The notes: a model not told the origin generated them from the letters alone. A DNA stretch of 64,000 bases from an uncultured Aliarcobacter sp. (GCA_963677435.1 OY781945.1:1152001-1216000); one strand, 5' to 3'. Positions 1 through 11,610 are shown, numbered from the stretch's first letter. A program made the numbers and translations.

Positions 1-17
1 AAAATTAGGAACTTAAT

Positions 18-893
18 ATGAAAAAGTTTGAAGCGAATTGTTTAGAAAAGGTCTATGAATTAGCCACTGCGGAGTTTAATTGTTCTATTACTGAGTTAGA
101 AATAGAAGTTATCCAACAACCAAGTAAAGGTTTTCTTGGTTTTGGAAAAAAAAGTGCCATTATACAAGTTTGTTTTAAAGATAATTGTAAAGCATATACA
201 CAAGAAACTAAAATATTTAAAAATAAAGATGTGAAAATACAAGAAGTTTCAGAACGAATTGAGTATTCACATCAAAAAGATGAGAGAGAATCTTTTTCAA
301 GAGAGAAAAAAGAAGAAATCAATTCATCTGTTAGAAAAAGTGAGTCAAAAGATAAAATTTTTGATAAGTTTTATCATGAAGAGTCACCTGATAATGAAAT
401 TTCTAAAATAATTATCAAAAAAGATAAAGAAAAAATTATTGAAGAAGTAAAAGAGGGAATTCATTTATTATTTGATACTACATGTTATTCTCTTGATGAA
501 ATAAATGTAGAATTTTATGATGAAGAGACTTTATACATAGAGTTTTTAGGTGAAGATTCTGCTTTATTAATTGGAAAAGAGGGTTATAGATATAAAGCCT
601 TATCATACATCTTATTTAATTGGATAAATGAAAAATATGGTTTAATGTTAAGACTTGAAGTTGCACAATTTTTGAAAAATCAAGAAGAAGCAATTTATGC
701 ATATCTTGAACCAATAATAGAAATAATAAAAGAAAAAGGCACATTTAAAACTAAACCTTTAGATGGTATTTTAGTTCATATTGCTTTAAAAAAATTAAGA
801 GAAGAATTCCCTGACAAATATGTTGCAGTTAAAACAAATGTTAGAGGTGATAAATATGTACTTGTTAATGAATATAGAGCAAGAGAAGTTTAA
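18..893 (+). CDS. jag: Jag/EloR (KhpB)-family RNA-binding protein
   Basis: Jag N-terminal motif (IQQPSKGFLGFGKK), KH-like 'LLIGKEG'; directly upstream of mnmE. Confidence 0.85.
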   Translation: MKKFEANCLEKVYELATAEFNCSITELEIEVIQQPSKGFLGFGKKSAIIQVCFKDNCKAYTQETKIFKNKDVKIQEVSERIEYSHQKDERESFSREKKEEINSSVRKSESKDKIFDKFYHEESPDNEISKIIIKKDKEKIIEEVKEGIHLLFDTTCYSLDEINVEFYDEETLYIEFLGEDSALLIGKEGYRYKALSYILFNWINEKYGLMLRLEVAQFLKNQEEAIYAYLEPIIEIIKEKGTFKTKPLDGILVHIALKKLREEFPDKYVAVKTNVRGDKYVLVNEYRAREV

Positions 894-895
894 TC

Positions 896-2236
896 TTGTT
901 TGATGATGCTACAATAGTTGCAATAGCAACGGCCAATGGAATTGGCTCTGTTTCAATAGTTAGGATTTCAGGAGTAAATGCTCTTGAAATTGCTACAAAA
1001 ATTTCAAAAAAAACAACTTTCCAACCAAGATTTGTAACTCTTTCTTCTTTGTACGATACAAATAATGAAGTAATTGATGAAGCTTTGGTTATATATTTTA
1101 AAGCACCTTTTTCTTTTACTGGTGAAGATGTAATTGAATTTCAATGCCACGGTGGAGTTGCCATTGCTAATATGATTATAAATGAAGCAATAAAACATGG
1201 TGCTAGAATTGCAAACCCTGGGGAGTTTTCTAAACGAGCTTTTTTTAATAATAAAATGGATTTAACTAAAGCAGAAGCAATTTCAAAAATAATAGAAGCA
1301 AGAAGTGAAGATGCTGTAAAATTATTGGCAAGACAATTAAAAGGTGAACTAACTAGTTTTGTAAATGAAATTAGAGAAGATTTACTTTTTATGTTAGCTT
1401 ACACAGAAGTTTCTATAGATTATGCAGAAGATGATTTACCAAGTGATATTTTTGTGCAAATCAAAAGTAAAATGGAAAAAATTCTTGTTAAACTTTCTAA
1501 TACCTTAGAAGCAAGTAGAAGAAGAGAAGGTATGCTTGATGGCTTTAAAGTTGCAATCATTGGAAAACCAAATGTAGGTAAATCTTCACTTTTAAACAAA
1601 CTTTTAAATTACGATAGAGCGATTATTTCTGATATTGCAGGAACAACAAGAGATACAATAGAAGAATCTGTAAAAATTGGTACGCATATTATAAAAATTG
1701 TTGATACAGCAGGTATAAGAAATGCAAGTGATGTTATAGAAAAAATTGGAATTGAAAAATCAATTCAAGCAATAAATGAAGCGGATATTGTAATTGCTTT
1801 ATTTGATAATGGCAAAGTTTGCGATGAAGAAGATAAAAAAATTATTGAATTAATAGAAGAAAATTCTAATAAAGAGATATTAACTGTTTTAAATAAATCA
1901 GATTTAGAAAATAAATTTGACAAAACAAAAATAGAGAATTTTATTGAATTATCGACAAAAGATGATATAAATCCTTTAATTAAAAAAATTGAGATGATTT
2001 TAGATTCAAATACTCATAGTGATGAAATGACACTGATTTCAAAAAGACAGATTATTTCTGTTGAAAATACACTTTATAGTATAAATTTATCAAAAAATCC
2101 TCTAGAAAGTGGTGAGTTGGAATTTTTTGCCCATTATATTACAGATGCTTTGGAGCAAATTTCATCAATTACAAGACCTTACGAAAATGATCAGATGTTA
2201 GATGTAATGTTTGGTGAGTTTTGTTTAGGTAAATAA
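896..2236 (+). CDS. mnmE: tRNA modification GTPase MnmE/TrmE
   Basis: TIVAIAT, SFTGEDVIEFQCHGG, GKPNVGKSS, GTTRD, DTAG, NKSD, C-terminal FCLGK; TTG start. Confidence 0.98.
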   Translation: MFDDATIVAIATANGIGSVSIVRISGVNALEIATKISKKTTFQPRFVTLSSLYDTNNEVIDEALVIYFKAPFSFTGEDVIEFQCHGGVAIANMIINEAIKHGARIANPGEFSKRAFFNNKMDLTKAEAISKIIEARSEDAVKLLARQLKGELTSFVNEIREDLLFMLAYTEVSIDYAEDDLPSDIFVQIKSKMEKILVKLSNTLEASRRREGMLDGFKVAIIGKPNVGKSSLLNKLLNYDRAIISDIAGTTRDTIEESVKIGTHIIKIVDTAGIRNASDVIEKIGIEKSIQAINEADIVIALFDNGKVCDEEDKKIIELIEENSNKEILTVLNKSDLENKFDKTKIENFIELSTKDDINPLIKKIEMILDSNTHSDEMTLISKRQIISVENTLYSINLSKNPLESGELEFFAHYITDALEQISSITRPYENDQMLDVMFGEFCLGK

Positions 2237-2253
2237 GATTAATTAGGAAAGAA

Positions 2254-2679
2254 ATGAAAAAGTATTTTATTTTACTTTCATTGATAGTAAGTTTTGGTTT
2301 TACAAATTTATTGGCAGATCAATGGGATGTTTTTTTTAAAGCATCTGGATTCCCAAGAAAAGTTGTAGATAATGGTTCAATTGTGAAAGGAAAATTATAT
2401 GATGCAATGGTTACCTATCAAATTTCAAATAATGACGGTATAAAGGGAAACTTTGAAAATAATGATAGTGCAAAGGTTACCATTACTAACAAAAAAGGTA
2501 AAGTTCTTTCAACAAATAAATTTATGACTGCACCAGAATTAAGAACTTGGGCAAGACAAAATTTTACAGATATATTTTCTTCAATACTTGGAGATAATCC
2601 TCAAATAACTAAAGAGAATATTAAAGAGTTAACAAATTTGGCTTCTTTGGTTCTTTTAAACGGAAATTTAGATAAATAG
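2254..2679 (+). CDS. Hypothetical exported protein
   Basis: RBS AGGA; N-terminal signal peptide (MKKYFILLSLIVSFGFTNLLA); no recognisable domain. Confidence 0.7.
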   Translation: MKKYFILLSLIVSFGFTNLLADQWDVFFKASGFPRKVVDNGSIVKGKLYDAMVTYQISNNDGIKGNFENNDSAKVTITNKKGKVLSTNKFMTAPELRTWARQNFTDIFSSILGDNPQITKENIKELTNLASLVLLNGNLDK

Positions 2680-2698
2680 TAAAATTTTATAAATTTTG

Positions 2699-3181
2699 CT
2701 ATTTATCAGGTGTTTCATAAGAGATTAGTTTCGCATTCTCTTTTGAAATATCCATCCATGAATCACAATCAAAATTTATTTCCATAATTGCACCCATTTT
2801 AAACTCTTCTCTAAAATCTACTAATGTAATTGCTAATGCTGTTAAAGATGGATTATGTCCAACTAAAAGCATAGAATTAATAGTATCAAATGTGTAACTT
2901 ATAGTTTCAATTAATTCATTTACAAATGCTCTATATAAAATATCATTTGGCATTATAGATTTTTTATATTCTAAAGCTTCTGCAAATATTTCAGAAGTTT
3001 CTTTTGTTCTTTTAGCTGGACTTGATATGATTAAATCAATAGATGGATTTTTACTAGCAAAATTTTTTGCCATATTTTTTGCATCTTCAATTCCTTTAGA
3101 ACTTAATTGTATATCATAATCATCTAAAGCAACTTGTTCATCTTCTTTTTGTGCATGTCTTACAATGTAAAGTTTTTTCAT
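2699..3181 (-). CDS. sixA: SixA-like histidine phosphatase
   Basis: LYIVRHA, SSPAKRT, LLVGHNP motifs. Confidence 0.85.
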   Translation of the reverse strand: MKKLYIVRHAQKEDEQVALDDYDIQLSSKGIEDAKNMAKNFASKNPSIDLIISSPAKRTKETSEIFAEALEYKKSIMPNDILYRAFVNELIETISYTFDTINSMLLVGHNPSLTALAITLVDFREEFKMGAIMEINFDCDSWMDISKENAKLISYETPDK

Positions 3182-3266
3182 TTTCTCTCTTATTAAAAAT
3201 AATATTCTATTTTAAGTTATATTTGCTTTTTTTTATATAAAATTATAATAATTAAAAATAAAAGGT

Positions 3267-4193
3267 TTGATTTTGGGATATGATTTAAATAAAAAATTAG
3301 TAATTGCTATTTCTTCAAGGGCTTTATTTAATCTTGAAGATGAAAATAAAATCTTTGAAGAAAAAGGACTTGATGAATATTATAAATATCAAATAGAAAA
3401 TGAGGATTTATTACCAAAAAGAGGTACAGGTTTTAGACTTGTAAAAAATCTTTTAAGAATTAATGAAGATTTCCCTGATGATAAACAAGTTGAAGTTATA
3501 ATCATGTCAAGAAATAATTCTGCTACAAGTCTTAGAATTACAAAATCAATAGAAAAATATAAACTGGATATTCAGCGTTCTGCTTGGAGTGGTGGAAATG
3601 ATATTTCAAAATATTTAAAACCTTTTAAAGTAGATCTATTTTTATCTGCAAATGAACAAGATGTTCAAAATGCAATAAATGAAGGAATTGCTGCTGCTAG
3701 AATTTTACCCTATGATGAACTTGAAGATGAAAATTCAAATCAAGTTAAAATTGCTTTTGATGGTGATGCTGTTTTATTTTCAGAAGAATCAGAAATTATA
3801 TACAAAAAACATGGCTTGGAAGCTTTCTTAGTATATGAAAAACAAAATGCATCTAATGCAATGCAAAGTGGTCCATTTGCCCAATTATTAAAATTAATTT
3901 CAAATATCCAAGCAAAATATCCCCATGAACAAACACCAATTAGAACAGCTTTAATAACTGCAAGAAATTCCCCAGCTCATGAAAGAGTAATAAGAACATT
4001 ATCCCAATGGAATGTAAGACTTGATGAAGCTTTCTTTTTAGGTGGAGTTGATAAATATGAAGTAGTAAAAGCTTTTGGTGCAGATATATTTTTTGATGAT
4101 CAAGATGTACATCTTGAAAGTACTTCAAAGATAGCACCAAGTGCAAAAGTTCCCTATAAAAAAGGTTCTGAATTAAATAATATTAATAAATAG
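3267..4193 (+). CDS. 5'-nucleotidase (cytosolic IB-like family)
   Basis: LVIAISSRALF, IAFDGDAVLFS, TARNSPAHER, DIFFDDQ. Confidence 0.9.
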   Translation: MILGYDLNKKLVIAISSRALFNLEDENKIFEEKGLDEYYKYQIENEDLLPKRGTGFRLVKNLLRINEDFPDDKQVEVIIMSRNNSATSLRITKSIEKYKLDIQRSAWSGGNDISKYLKPFKVDLFLSANEQDVQNAINEGIAAARILPYDELEDENSNQVKIAFDGDAVLFSEESEIIYKKHGLEAFLVYEKQNASNAMQSGPFAQLLKLISNIQAKYPHEQTPIRTALITARNSPAHERVIRTLSQWNVRLDEAFFLGGVDKYEVVKAFGADIFFDDQDVHLESTSKIAPSAKVPYKKGSELNNINK

Positions 4194-4248
4194 TTAAATT
4201 TTTATTAACCAAAATTTGTTAGAATAAATAAAAATTTAGGAGAATAAA

Positions 4249-5103
4249 ATGGAACAAATTAAAACAGTTTTTTTACTTACTTTCCTTACAGTTTTATTTG
4301 TATTTATAGGTTATTCATTTGGTGGAACAAATGGAATGTTAATTGCATTTTTAGCAGCTGGAGGTATGAATTTTTATGCCTATTATTATTCAGACCAACA
4401 AGTTTTGAAACATTATGATGCGACGCTTCTTGAAGATCCAAAACATCCTGTGTATAAGATTACACAAAAATTAACTCAAAAAGCTGGCCTTCCTATGCCA
4501 AAAGTTTATTTGATTCCTGATCATACACCAAATGCTTTTGCAACTGGAAGAAACTATGAACACGCTGCAGTTGCAGTTACTATGGGTTTATATGAAATGC
4601 TAAATGAAAAAGAGTTAGAAGGTGTGATTGCCCATGAGTTATCACACATAAAACATTATGATATTTTAATTGGGACTATTGCTGCTGTATTTGCAGGAGC
4701 AATTGCAATGATTGCAAATATGATGCAATTTGGAGCTATGTTTGGTGGAAACAATAATAGACAAGGTTCTAATCCAATAGTGATGATTGTAATGGCAATA
4801 CTATTGCCTCTTGCTGCTTCAATTATTCAAATGACAGTTAGTAGAAGTAGAGAATATATGGCAGATGAAGGCTCTGCTAGAATGACTGGAAATCCAGCAG
4901 GGTTACAATCTGCTTTAGTTAAATTAGAGAACTATGCAAGAAGTGGACATCAAATACATAATGCAACTGAACAAACAGCACACATGTTTATTATTAATCC
5001 ATTTTCAGGATTAAAATCAACACTTGGTACATTGTTTAGAACGCACCCTACAACCGAAGATAGAATCGCAAGACTTGAAGAATTAAAAAAAGAGATTTAT
5101 TAA
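4249..5103 (+). CDS. htpX: Zinc metalloprotease HtpX
   Basis: PNAFATG, HELSH zinc motif, [12 protein letters not shown]. Confidence 0.95.
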   Translation: MEQIKTVFLLTFLTVLFVFIGYSFGGTNGMLIAFLAAGGMNFYAYYYSDQQVLKHYDATLLEDPKHPVYKITQKLTQKAGLPMPKVYLIPDHTPNAFATGRNYEHAAVAVTMGLYEMLNEKELEGVIAHELSHIKHYDILIGTIAAVFAGAIAMIANMMQFGAMFGGNNNRQGSNPIVMIVMAILLPLAASIIQMTVSRSREYMADEGSARMTGNPAGLQSALVKLENYARSGHQIHNATEQTAHMFIINPFSGLKSTLGTLFRTHPTTEDRIARLEELKKEIY

Positions 5104-5203
5104 ACAGATTTATATTTAAAATTAGTTTTTCTATAGTATAATTCTCTACTTTATATCATATTAAACATTTTTTATTAAATGTAATTTAAAAATAGGTTGT
5201 GTA

Positions 5204-6007
5204 ATGAGATTTTTGTTTATTCTTTTATGTTTTGTGTTTATTCCTACTCTAGGATTTTCTAATAGTTCAGATGTTTTCCATAAGATAGAAAAAGATTTGG
5301 ATTCTATAATTATAAAAGATTTAAATAATAAGAAATTAATATTTAGTAAGGATGAAAATCAAAGATTAAGTCCTGCTAGTTTAACTAAGATAATGACAGC
5401 AATGCTTGCAATTGAGAGTGGAAAGATGAATAGTGTAGTTACTATTACAGCTGAAATGAAAAAAGTTGAACCTACAATTGCAAATCTTCAAGTTGGAGAA
5501 AAGTTTTATTTGAAAGATTTAGTCCATGCCGCATTAATAAAATCTGCGAATGATGCTGCAAATTCTATTGCAATTTATCTTGGTAATGGAAAAAAAGAGT
5601 TATTTGTTAATATGATGAATATAAAAGCAAGAAAACTTGGTATGAAAAATACAAACTTTACTAATCCTTGTGGTTTTGATATAGGAAACCATAAAACTAC
5701 TGCAAAAGATTTAATGACACTTACTGAATATGCTATAAAAAACCCAACATTTAATTCTATTGTTAAAATGGATAGATACTCTTTTACTGCAATTAATACT
5801 AATAAAAAATATTTCGTTAGTTCAAGTAACAAATTACTAAGAGATGATCCTTATGTGGTTGGTGTTAAAACAGGATATACAAATAAAGCTGGAGCTTGTT
5901 TAATAGCAAGAGCAAAAAAAGGTAAACAAGATATTTTAATGGTTATGTTAAATGCACATAACAGATGGCCAAATGCTAAAAAAGCACTAGATTCAATTAT
6001 AAATTAA
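5204..6007 (+). CDS. D-alanyl-D-alanine carboxypeptidase (peptidase S11)
   Basis: Signal peptide; PASLTK (SxxK), SAN (SxN), KTG. Confidence 0.92.
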   Translation: MRFLFILLCFVFIPTLGFSNSSDVFHKIEKDLDSIIIKDLNNKKLIFSKDENQRLSPASLTKIMTAMLAIESGKMNSVVTITAEMKKVEPTIANLQVGEKFYLKDLVHAALIKSANDAANSIAIYLGNGKKELFVNMMNIKARKLGMKNTNFTNPCGFDIGNHKTTAKDLMTLTEYAIKNPTFNSIVKMDRYSFTAINTNKKYFVSSSNKLLRDDPYVVGVKTGYTNKAGACLIARAKKGKQDILMVMLNAHNRWPNAKKALDSIIN

Positions 6008-6017
6008 TTTACATAAA

Positions 6018-6048
6018 AAAAGCAACCCTTGACCAAAGAGTTGCTTTT
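6018..6048. terminator. Probable bidirectional intrinsic terminator
   Basis: AAAAGCAAC...GTTGCTTTT inverted repeat between convergent genes. Confidence 0.7.
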
Positions 6049-6085
6049 AGATTGAAAGTATATATAAAAAACTTTAAAATAATCT

Positions 6086-7162
6086 TTATTTAGAATAAAC
6101 CTTCTTAACATTTTCCATTTTAGATGACATGTTTAATAAAACCATATCAGCTAAAACTAAAGCCATCATTGATTCAGCTACAACACTTCCTCGAACTGCT
6201 ACACAAGGGTCATGTCGTCCTTTTAATTGGCAATTTACTTCATCATTATGAATATCAACTGTTTCTTGTTGAATAAAAATAGATGGTGTTGCTTTAAAAT
6301 GAACTTTTACATTTATATCATCTCCATTTGAAATACCTCCAAGTATTCCCCCACTATGATTTGTTTTGAAACCATCTTTTCTTATTTGGTCATTATTATC
6401 ATAACCTTTTACTTGAGCTGATAACATTCCATCACCAATTTCTACAGCTTTAACAGCATTTATTCCCATCATTGCATTTGCAATTTGTGAATCAAGTTTA
6501 AAGTATAATGGTTCGCCAAGTCCAACTGGAACATTTTTAACATTTACAATGGCAACTCCACCAACACTATTGTGAGAGTTTTTTGCTTCTAATATGGCAT
6601 CTTTTTGAGCCTGTTCGACTGTAGAATCAAGTGCAAAAATTTCAGATTCACTAATTTTTGAAAAATCGTAATTAACAGCTTTTATTCCATTTATTTCACA
6701 AATACCACTTTGAACTTTTATTCCTAATTCATTTAGCATAAGTTTTGCAATAGCACCAGCTGCAACTCTTGCTGCTGTTTCTCTTGCGCTACTTCTTCCT
6801 CCACCTCTATAGTCTCTAATTCCATATTTATTAAAATAAGTAAAATCAGCATGACCAGGACGGAATAAATCTTTTACATTTGAATAATCGCTACTTTTTT
6901 GATTTTCATTAAAAATAATCATAGAAATTGATGTTCCTGTAGTAATTCCTTCAAAAACTCCTGAAAGTATTTCTACTACATCTCCTTCTTTTCTAGCTGT
7001 TGCATATTTATTTTGACCAGGCTTTCTTCTATTCATCTCATTTTGAATAAATTCTTCATCAATCTTTATACCAGCAGGAACTCCATCAACTATACATCCA
7101 AGAGCTTTCCCATGTGATTCTCCAAAAGTTGTGAACCTAAATCTATGTCCAAAAGTATTCAT
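6086..7162 (-). CDS. aroC: Chorismate synthase
   Basis: [38 protein letters not shown]. Confidence 0.99.
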   Translation of the reverse strand: MNTFGHRFRFTTFGESHGKALGCIVDGVPAGIKIDEEFIQNEMNRRKPGQNKYATARKEGDVVEILSGVFEGITTGTSISMIIFNENQKSSDYSNVKDLFRPGHADFTYFNKYGIRDYRGGGRSSARETAARVAAGAIAKLMLNELGIKVQSGICEINGIKAVNYDFSKISESEIFALDSTVEQAQKDAILEAKNSHNSVGGVAIVNVKNVPVGLGEPLYFKLDSQIANAMMGINAVKAVEIGDGMLSAQVKGYDNNDQIRKDGFKTNHSGGILGGISNGDDINVKVHFKATPSIFIQQETVDIHNDEVNCQLKGRHDPCVAVRGSVVAESMMALVLADMVLLNMSSKMENVKKVYSK

Positions 7163-7843
7163 TTAGTTCTCTTCCTCTTTTAGTTTGTTTATCGCAATTT
7201 TGGCTACAGCTTGTTGTGCTAATTTTTTACTTTTCCCATTTGCACTACCATAATTAGTTCCATCAATCCAAATTGATACTTCAAACTCTTTTTTATGGTC
7301 AGGCCCATATGAACCTTCAATTTTATACTCAGGAATTGAAGCAAATTTAGCTTGAGTTATCTCTTGTAAAGCAGTTTTATAATCACTAAATAAAACATCT
7401 AGATTAATTTTGTCATAAGATCTTTCTAATAAATCTAAAATTATAGGTTTTAGAGTATTTAAACCTGACTCTAAATAAATAGCTCCCATAATTGCTTCAA
7501 ATGCATCCGATAATATAGAAGCTTTAGTTCTTCCCTTATTTCTTTCTTCTGCTGTCGAAATATAGATAAAATCACCAAGTTTTATCTCATTAGCAAGTCG
7601 TGTAAAACCTGTTTCATTTACTAATGATGCTCTTATTTTTGATAAATCACCTTCATTTGATTTTGGGAACTTTAAATATAAATATTCCCCAACAATTAAA
7701 TTTAAAACTGCATCACCTAAGAATTCTAATCTTTCATTGTTATAAGGTTTCTTATAACTTTTATGTGTAAGTGCTTCGATTATCAGGTCTTTGTTTTTAA
7801 ACTGATAATCCAAACACTTTTCTAATTTTGAATAATCACTCAT
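7163..7843 (-). CDS. rnc: Ribonuclease III
   Basis: [12 protein letters not shown] signature plus dsRBD ([12 protein letters not shown]). Confidence 0.99.
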   Translation of the reverse strand: MSDYSKLEKCLDYQFKNKDLIIEALTHKSYKKPYNNERLEFLGDAVLNLIVGEYLYLKFPKSNEGDLSKIRASLVNETGFTRLANEIKLGDFIYISTAEERNKGRTKASILSDAFEAIMGAIYLESGLNTLKPIILDLLERSYDKINLDVLFSDYKTALQEITQAKFASIPEYKIEGSYGPDHKKEFEVSIWIDGTNYGSANGKSKKLAQQAVAKIAINKLKEEEN

Positions 7844-7869
7844 TTTTTTCCTTTTTTATTTTTAAGATT

Positions 7870-7902
7870 TGCAAGTATATCACATCTTTTATTATGAAAG
7901 TG
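7870..7902 (-). pseudogene. rnhA: Relic of RNase HI gene 3' end (HFHNKRCDILA)
   Basis: Minus-strand translation resembles the RNase HI C-terminal motif HxxNxRCDxLA, at the position where rnhA lies in Campylobacter (aroC-rnc-rnhA-TPR-dnaG). Confidence 0.55.
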
Positions 7903-7911
7903 TTGTGTAGG

Positions 7912-8961
7912 CTATTGTAAAGATTGATTGCTAGTATAAAAAGATTTTGTTAATCTGTGTTTTACATCTAAAGTTAAAATATTATGACAATGTGGACATC
8001 TTGTATCAAAAATTGGGTGAGAATGTTTGCATGATGAACATATAAATTCAAAATCTAATGAAGCTTTTATTTTATGTTCATGTTTGTTTAGTAATATTAA
8101 AATATCAAAGTCAAAATCTTCACTATGTTCTAATGTATTTAAATATCCTTTAGCATTATATAACTCGACTAAAAATTTATTTTCAATAACTTTTTCAAAA
8201 TTTATATCATTAGCATTTAGGTACCAAACAACATCTAAATATTTGGAACAATCAAATTCATTTATATGTTCCCAAAAAAAAGTTTTATTAAATTGAATCA
8301 AAAATGAAGCAAATATTCTTTCAATGATTTTATTATCTTTAAAAATTTTATATAAAAGTTCTGTTCTTTTTTCATAAGATAAGATAGAATCATTTAAAAT
8401 AATTAATGAATCTAAATAAACTTTGTCAATTGTTACATCTTTGTTTAACTCTTCTAAACATAGAGTTATCTCTTTTGCTTTATTGTAATCTTTTAATCTT
8501 TCATAAACTAATAAAAGATAAGTTAGTGCATTTTTATTTCTTGGAGAAAATTTTAAAATTCTTAAAAATATCTCTTTAGATCTTTGTAAAAAGCCACCTT
8601 TAAAATATGTTGTTCCTAAAAGTTCTAGTAGTTCTTCTTTTTTTACTCGATCATTTACATGTTCAAGTAGGGTAAGATATACAGAAATAGCTTTGTTATA
8701 ATCACCTTTATGTAAAAAGGTTGAAGCTAATAATAGTATTGAATCAAATGGTAGATTGTAAGTTTTGTATAAATGAACATAGTCATCTTCTTTTAGTTTT
8801 CCCAATTCAAATCTTACAGATAGTTTTCTATAATCTTCTCTAGCAACTTTTTCTTTATAAATACTAAATGAATAAGTTACAAAAGATATGATAAAAATTA
8901 GTGCTACAAGGAATATTATTCCAAATAATGGGTCTCGATATTCTAATATTATATTATCCAA
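7912..8961 (-). CDS. TPR protein with N-terminal TM helix and C-terminal CxxC...CxxC (LapB-like)
   Basis: TM segment, TPR-like helices, CSSC...CPHC rubredoxin-like motif. Confidence 0.75.
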   Translation of the reverse strand: MDNIILEYRDPLFGIIFLVALIFIISFVTYSFSIYKEKVAREDYRKLSVRFELGKLKEDDYVHLYKTYNLPFDSILLLASTFLHKGDYNKAISVYLTLLEHVNDRVKKEELLELLGTTYFKGGFLQRSKEIFLRILKFSPRNKNALTYLLLVYERLKDYNKAKEITLCLEELNKDVTIDKVYLDSLIILNDSILSYEKRTELLYKIFKDNKIIERIFASFLIQFNKTFFWEHINEFDCSKYLDVVWYLNANDINFEKVIENKFLVELYNAKGYLNTLEHSEDFDFDILILLNKHEHKIKASLDFEFICSSCKHSHPIFDTRCPHCHNILTLDVKHRLTKSFYTSNQSLQ

Positions 8962-9045
8962 ATAAAACCTTAATTACTTTCTATGCTTGGGTGTGAATAT
9001 TAACATAAAAGTACAAATAAAATAATAAAAGAGTATAATCCTTAA

Positions 9046-10680
9046 ATGATAAAAAAAGAATCAATTGAAAATCTTAAAAACAATCTTGATGTTGTAGATG
9101 TTATTTCACAATTTTTAGAATTAAAAAAAACAGGGGCAAATTTTAAAGCTTGCTGTCCTTTTCATGGAGAAACAACACCTTCATTTGTTGTAAGTCCTGC
9201 AAAACAAATTTATCACTGTTTTGGTTGTGGAGTAGGTGGGGATTCTATAAAATTTGTTATGGAGTATGAAAAATTATCATATCCTGAAACAATTGAGAAA
9301 TTAGCTTCAATGTATAATTTCAATTTAGATTATGAAAATACAGATGAAAAAAAACAAGATACAAGAATTTTGGATGAGATTAATAAATACTATCAAAAAC
9401 TTTTTGTAAATAATGAAAATGTAAAAGAGTATATTTCAAAAAGAGGAATTTCAGAATTCTCAATAGAAAAATTTGAAATAGGTTATGCACCTGTATCTAT
9501 TGATACAATTAATTTCTTAAAATCAAATCATTATAATTTAACAGATGCCATTGATTTAGGTGTAATTGATAATGGAACAAATGGATTATATTCTAGATTC
9601 ATAGAAAGAATCACTTTCCCAATTTATTCAATAACTGGAAAACTCGTAGGTTTTGGTGGTAGAACTATAACTGGGCACAATGCAAAATATGTAAATTCCC
9701 CGCAAACAAAACTATTTAATAAATCAAGACTTTTATATGGTTACCATTTAGCAAAAGAACAAATATATAAAAAAAATCAAATTATTGTTTGTGAAGGTTA
9801 CTTAGATGTAATAATGCTTCATCAAGCAGGTTTTAATACAGCAGTTGCAACACTTGGAACAGCATTAACACAAGAACACTTACCACTGTTACGGCGAGGT
9901 GAACCAAAAGTTATATTAGCTTATGATGGAGATAAAGCTGGACTTGCTGCTGCTTTTAAGGCTTCAGTTATGCTAAGTCAAAGTGAATTTGATGGTGGAG
10001 TTATTATTTTTGCAGGTGGATTAGATCCAGCTGATATGGTAAATGATGGAAGAATAAATGAATTAAATGAGATTTTCTCAAATCCAATTCCATATATTCC
10101 TTATGCCATTGATTATATAGTTTCAAAATATGAAATCAATGATCCAAATCAAAAACAAAAAGCTTTAGATGAAGCTAATGAATATTTAAAATCATTAAGT
10201 TTACTTAATCAAGATGAGTACAAAAGGTATTTAGCACAGAAATTAAATATTAGAGAAAATTTAATTAAAATTAGTTCAACTAAACAAAGAAATTTTGAAC
10301 CAAATTTAACAAAAATAGATATTGCAGAACTTTGTATTATAAAATCAATTTTAGAAAAACCTAAAAGATTAGATTCTGTTTTAGATATAGTTGATTCATC
10401 TATGTTTGAAGCTCATAAAAATGAGTTCGAATTATTATTAAGTGATATTGAGAATATCTCATTAAATTCAATAGTTTTAAATGAAAAACTTGAAAATTAT
10501 GATGATGAAAGATTAAATCAAGAGTTATTAACTTTAGTTTATAAATTTTATACAAATAAATTAACTGCCATCTCTTATGATAAAACTTTAGATTTTAAAC
10601 AAAAGGCAAATTTAATTAGAAAAATCAAAGATAATATATATCAATTAAAATTAGGTAAACTTGTAAGTTATAATTTATAA
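9046..10680 (+). CDS. dnaG: DNA primase
   Basis: CPFH...CFGC zinc finger, KYVNSP, Toprim EGYLD and DGDKAG. Confidence 0.98.
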   Translation: MIKKESIENLKNNLDVVDVISQFLELKKTGANFKACCPFHGETTPSFVVSPAKQIYHCFGCGVGGDSIKFVMEYEKLSYPETIEKLASMYNFNLDYENTDEKKQDTRILDEINKYYQKLFVNNENVKEYISKRGISEFSIEKFEIGYAPVSIDTINFLKSNHYNLTDAIDLGVIDNGTNGLYSRFIERITFPIYSITGKLVGFGGRTITGHNAKYVNSPQTKLFNKSRLLYGYHLAKEQIYKKNQIIVCEGYLDVIMLHQAGFNTAVATLGTALTQEHLPLLRRGEPKVILAYDGDKAGLAAAFKASVMLSQSEFDGGVIIFAGGLDPADMVNDGRINELNEIFSNPIPYIPYAIDYIVSKYEINDPNQKQKALDEANEYLKSLSLLNQDEYKRYLAQKLNIRENLIKISSTKQRNFEPNLTKIDIAELCIIKSILEKPKRLDSVLDIVDSSMFEAHKNEFELLLSDIENISLNSIVLNEKLENYDDERLNQELLTLVYKFYTNKLTAISYDKTLDFKQKANLIRKIKDNIYQLKLGKLVSYNL

Positions 10681-10759
10681 CTAATTTTTAAAATTTATTT
10701 AAATAGCAGTTTATTTTTTGTAGAATTCATAAAAATTACTAAAACTCTAAGGATAATAG

Positions 10760-11143
10760 ATGAAATTTATTGCAAGTGATTATTTACCTTTAGCAATTGG
10801 CTCTTACTCTCCTGCTGTGAAAGTACATGGAATGGTATACACATCAGCACAAGTTCCTATAACATTAGATGGAACGATGGTAGAAAGAGACATAAAAGTT
10901 CAAACAAGACAAGTACTTACAAATTTAAGAACACTTTTAGAAGATGCTGAAAGTGCAATGGATAAAGTAGTAAAAGTATCTGTATATTTGGAAAATATTG
11001 ATGATTTTGGTGTAGTTAATGTACTTTTTGCTGAAGCTTTTGGTGAACATAAGCCAGCTCGTAGTACAATATGCGTTAAATCATTGCCAAAAAATTCAAT
11101 GATTATGATAGATGCAATTGCTTTAGCAAATGATTATCATTAA
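10760..11143 (+). CDS. RidA/YjgF family enamine deaminase
   Basis: AIGSYS, PARS, LPK motifs; 127 aa. Confidence 0.9.
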   Translation: MKFIASDYLPLAIGSYSPAVKVHGMVYTSAQVPITLDGTMVERDIKVQTRQVLTNLRTLLEDAESAMDKVVKVSVYLENIDDFGVVNVLFAEAFGEHKPARSTICVKSLPKNSMIMIDAIALANDYH

Positions 11144-11258
11144 AAAGTCTTTGGCTTAAAGAAAGTTTAAACTAAAATAAGATACTATTCCGGTTCGAAA
11201 AATAGAGTTAGTATGACAAAATATGAACTTAGCATAGAATTGAATTAGAGGAAGAAAG

Positions 11259-11576
11259 ATGTACGCAATTATCAAGTGTGGTGGAAAACAGTATAAAGTT
11301 TCTGAGGGTGATATCTTAGATGTTGATTATACTGGTCAAGCTGCTAAAGAAACTTTAGAAATTACTGATGTTTTAGCTGTAAACAACGGTGAATTAAAAA
11401 CTGGTGAAGCTGTTGCAAACGCAAAAGTTGAGGCTGTTGTAGTATTAGATGGTACTGGTGTAAATAGAGCTAAAAAAGTAATAATTTACAAAAAAAGAAG
11501 AAGAAAAGATTCTAAACTTAAAAGAGGTTTCAGAAAAAGCTTCACTAAAATTAGAATTACTAAAATTGCTGCATAA
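11259..11576 (+). CDS. rplU: 50S ribosomal protein L21
   Basis: MYAIIKCGGKQYKV. Confidence 0.98.
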   Translation: MYAIIKCGGKQYKVSEGDILDVDYTGQAAKETLEITDVLAVNNGELKTGEAVANAKVEAVVVLDGTGVNRAKKVIIYKKRRRKDSKLKRGFRKSFTKIRITKIAA

Positions 11577-11610
11577 GCAAATAGCATAATATAAGTTAAG
11601 GAGAAAAACA

